A stretch of DNA of 7,647 bases from a virus (lineage: Duplodnaviria; Heunggongvirae; Uroviricota; Caudoviricetes), in IMG/VR virus record IMGVR_UViG_2671180755_000005; one strand, given 5' to 3'. Shown piece by piece: positions 5,953-7,647 of the stretch (position 1 is its first letter; the number at the start of each line of letters is the position of its first letter). A program made the position numbers and the translations under genes. The notes beneath the pieces are model-generated. The model was not told the DNA's origin. It saw only the letters and a program-made list of their open reading frames with translations, and made no database searches.

Positions 5953-6070
5953 TGCTGCGGGTGCTTGAGGCTATCTGCCTCGGGCATGAACACCAACGGC
6001 AGATAGAGAAAAGCCCCAGTTAACATTACGCGTCCTGCAAGACGCTTAACATTAATCTGAGGCTCAATCC

Positions 6071-6202
6071 ATGCTGAACACATGTAGGTTAGCCTCTTAC
6101 GTGCCGAAAGGAATGGTAACGAGGAAAGACCTCTGCGAGGTGCGAATCCGAACCGGTCAGACGGAGGTCGCTGTCTTCGTAGACTACGAATCTGAGAAGT
6201 AA
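6071..6202 (+). pseudogene. hok: hok/gef-family type I toxin reading frame with in-frame loss of the transmembrane segment
   Basis: 43-codon ORF MLNTCRLASYVPKG-M-VTRKDLCEVRIRTGQTEVAVFVDYESEK. The tail matches the Gef/HokC periplasmic tail (recalled as ...VTRKDLCEVHIRTGQTEVAVFTAYESE) and the MLNTC start matches the MokC-type leader frame, but the roughly 23-codon hydrophobic segment is missing. Conserved 5' (5957-5970) and 3' (6252-6266) complementary RNA elements flank it. Confidence 0.6.
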
Positions 6203-6321
6203 GAGACCAGGCGGGGGAGTAATCTCCCGCCACCTCTGATGTGTCAGGCATCCTCAACGCACCCGCGCTTTACCATACTGAAAATGCTGTTTGAATGTTC
6301 ATCTCTGAAAGAGGACTATGA

Positions 6322-6666
6322 ATGAAAAAGGTATTGATTGCAGCACTTATTTCCGGTGTGTCTTTTGGCGCTTTTGCACAGCAGGGTGGTTTCCAGGGGC
6401 CAGAAGCAGAGCGTTCAACAGTAGCGCAGGCAAAAGAACTGAAGGATGATGCATGGGTTATCCTTGAAGGGAGCATCGTTAAAAAAGTGGGTGATGAACG
6501 TTATGAGTTTCGTGACAATAGCGGGACAATTGTCACGGATATTGATGACAGCGTATGGGCCGGGCAGAATGTTTCTCCGAAAGACAAAGTAAGAATTGAG
6601 GGTGAAATTGATAAAGACCTGAGGAGTGTTGAAGTTGATGTAAAGGCACTGAAATTATTAAAGTAA
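6322..6666 (+). CDS. YgiW/YdeI (BOF) family periplasmic OB-fold protein, prophage accessory gene
   Basis: 114-aa ORF with signal peptide MKKVLIAALISGVSFGAFA, AAAGAGGA SD 7 nt upstream, and family-typical YEFRDNSGTI...VRIEGEIDKD segment. Own terminator downstream. Confidence 0.9.
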   Translation: MKKVLIAALISGVSFGAFAQQGGFQGPEAERSTVAQAKELKDDAWVILEGSIVKKVGDERYEFRDNSGTIVTDIDDSVWAGQNVSPKDKVRIEGEIDKDLRSVEVDVKALKLLK

Positions 6667-6683
6667 CCGCCCCTGCTTGTTAA

Positions 6684-6711
6684 GCCCGTCTTACTGACGG
6701 GTTTTCTGTTT
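6684..6711 (+). terminator. Rho-independent terminator after the YgiW-like gene
   Basis: Stem CCCGTC (6685-6690) / GACGGG (6696-6701), loop TTACT, followed by TTTTCTGTTT (6702-6711). Confidence 0.7.
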
Positions 6712-6787
6712 GTACATTCCGGCGTATTGCCTTACAATTCGCGCAGTCAGCCTGAACAACTGACACCTGCTGTCACCGGAGAATCCG

Positions 6788-7060
6788 ATGACACAACACA
6801 TAAAATCCCACAATTCTGAAGCCGACCCGGAAATTAAGCAGGGGAGGCGTTTTCGTGCGCCTCAGTATGGCTGGTTTCACTATCTGTTCTGTACGATCGA
6901 TGAGGCAGATATGCTTCAAGAGGCGTATCTGCGTCGCGGTGTCCGTGTGGAGCGGAGTCTGAACGCTGATCGTCTGACCTGGACCGTTTCTGTATATCTT
7001 CCTGTTCGTGCACATCTGCCACGGACACATGCCTGCTACCGTCAGCGCGTCTGGAGGTAA
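6788..7060 (+). CDS. Hypothetical protein (90 aa)
   Basis: ATG at 6788 with GGAG 7 nt upstream. Stop TAA at 7058-7060 is immediately followed by the start of the next gene. Confidence 0.55.
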   Translation: MTQHIKSHNSEADPEIKQGRRFRAPQYGWFHYLFCTIDEADMLQEAYLRRGVRVERSLNADRLTWTVSVYLPVRAHLPRTHACYRQRVWR

Positions 7061-7061
7061 T

Positions 7062-7647
7062 GTGCGGGTATTACTTCGACCTGTTCTGGTTCCGGAACTC
7101 GGGCTGGTGGTCCTTAAGCCCGGTCGTGAATCATTGCCAGTTTTTCATCGCGGCAGGGTGCTGGTGGAGCCGGAACCGAAAAACATGCGGGCGCTGCCAT
7201 CTGGAGCGGTTCCTGCTGTTCGCCAGCCGCTGGCGGAAGATAAATCACTGCTGCCATTTTTCAGCGATGAGCGGGTGATTCGTGCAGCTGGCGGCGCTGG
7301 TGCACTGTCTGACTGGTTATTACGTCACGTGAAATCCTGCCAGTGGCCACACGGCGATTATCATCACAGCGAAACCGTTATTCACAGTTACGGTGCTGGC
7401 GCAATGGTGTTGTGCTGGCACTGCGACAACCAGCTGCGCGACCAGACCTCCGAATCACTTGAGCAACTTACTCAACAAAATCTGACAGCCTGGATGATTG
7501 ACGTCATACGCCATGTAATGAATGGCACGCAGGAGCGGGAATTATCGCTGGCTGAATTATCCTGGTGGGCAGTCTGCAATCAGGTGGTGGACGCATTACC
7601 TGAGGCAGTATCGCGTCGCTCTCTGGGATTACCGGCGGAAAAAATCC
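7062..7647 (+). CDS. DUF968-like (YdfU-like) Cys/His-rich phage protein, partial (runs off the right edge)
   Basis: Frame open from 6978 to the window end. GTG at 7062 preceded by GGAGG (7053-7057); alternative ATG at 7029. Contains CQWPHGDYHH and CWHCDN motifs recalled from Qin-prophage YdfU-type proteins. The listed ORF 7060-7278 is in another frame and Cys/Trp-rich, so it looks spurious. Confidence 0.7.
   Translation, partial: MRVLLRPVLVPELGLVVLKPGRESLPVFHRGRVLVEPEPKNMRALPSGAVPAVRQPLAEDKSLLPFFSDERVIRAAGGAGALSDWLLRHVKSCQWPHGDYHHSETVIHSYGAGAMVLCWHCDNQLRDQTSESLEQLTQQNLTAWMIDVIRHVMNGTQERELSLAELSWWAVCNQVVDALPEAVSRRSLGLPAEKI

Noticed and set aside
6141-6160. tRNA T-arm-like motif (GGTTCGGATTC on the minus strand)
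   Set aside because: No acceptor stem or anticodon arm could be built around it; the segment lies inside the hok-like reading frame and encodes RIRTGQ.
5853-6257. 134-aa minus-strand ORF spanning the hok-like region
   Set aside because: Antisense to the conserved hok-type RNA elements and small ORF, with a Pro/Arg/Ser-rich translation and no SD; better explained as a shadow ORF over structured non-coding RNA.
7060-7278. 72-aa plus-strand ORF (MCGYYFDLFWF...)
   Set aside because: Cys/Trp-rich and in a different frame from the longer open frame carrying the DUF968-like motifs, which also has a GGAGG-GTG start at 7062.

Overview
This window reads as the immunity/replication/early-right segment of a lambdoid enterobacterial prophage, with no integrase, transposase, rRNA, tRNA or CRISPR array. 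Left to right: a partial leftward ORF at the PL side; a cI-like HTH/S24-peptidase repressor (minus strand) flanked by two perfect TGTTTT-N6-AAAACA palindromes (candidate OL and OR); a Cro-like gene; a YdaT/CII-like gene; an O-like replisome-organiser gene carrying two internal GTCACG iteron arrays, an AT-rich tandem repeat and a DnaT-like C-terminal domain; a lambda-P-like gene overlapping it by 209 nt; a translationally coupled four-gene cassette of uncharacterised small proteins; an AT-rich accessory block (small membrane protein, DUF551-like protein, 27-codon hydrophobic peptide); a hok/gef-type type I toxin locus whose RNA fold-back elements are intact but whose toxin ORF has lost the transmembrane segment; a YgiW/BOF-family secreted OB-fold protein with its own terminator; and a hypothetical gene plus a DUF968-like gene running off the right edge. 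Everything is derived by eye from the sequence and ORF track; family assignments rest on recalled similarity and were not confirmed by any search. The strongest candidates for something undescribed are the four-gene cassette (3374-4932) and the defanged hok-like locus (5925-6270).
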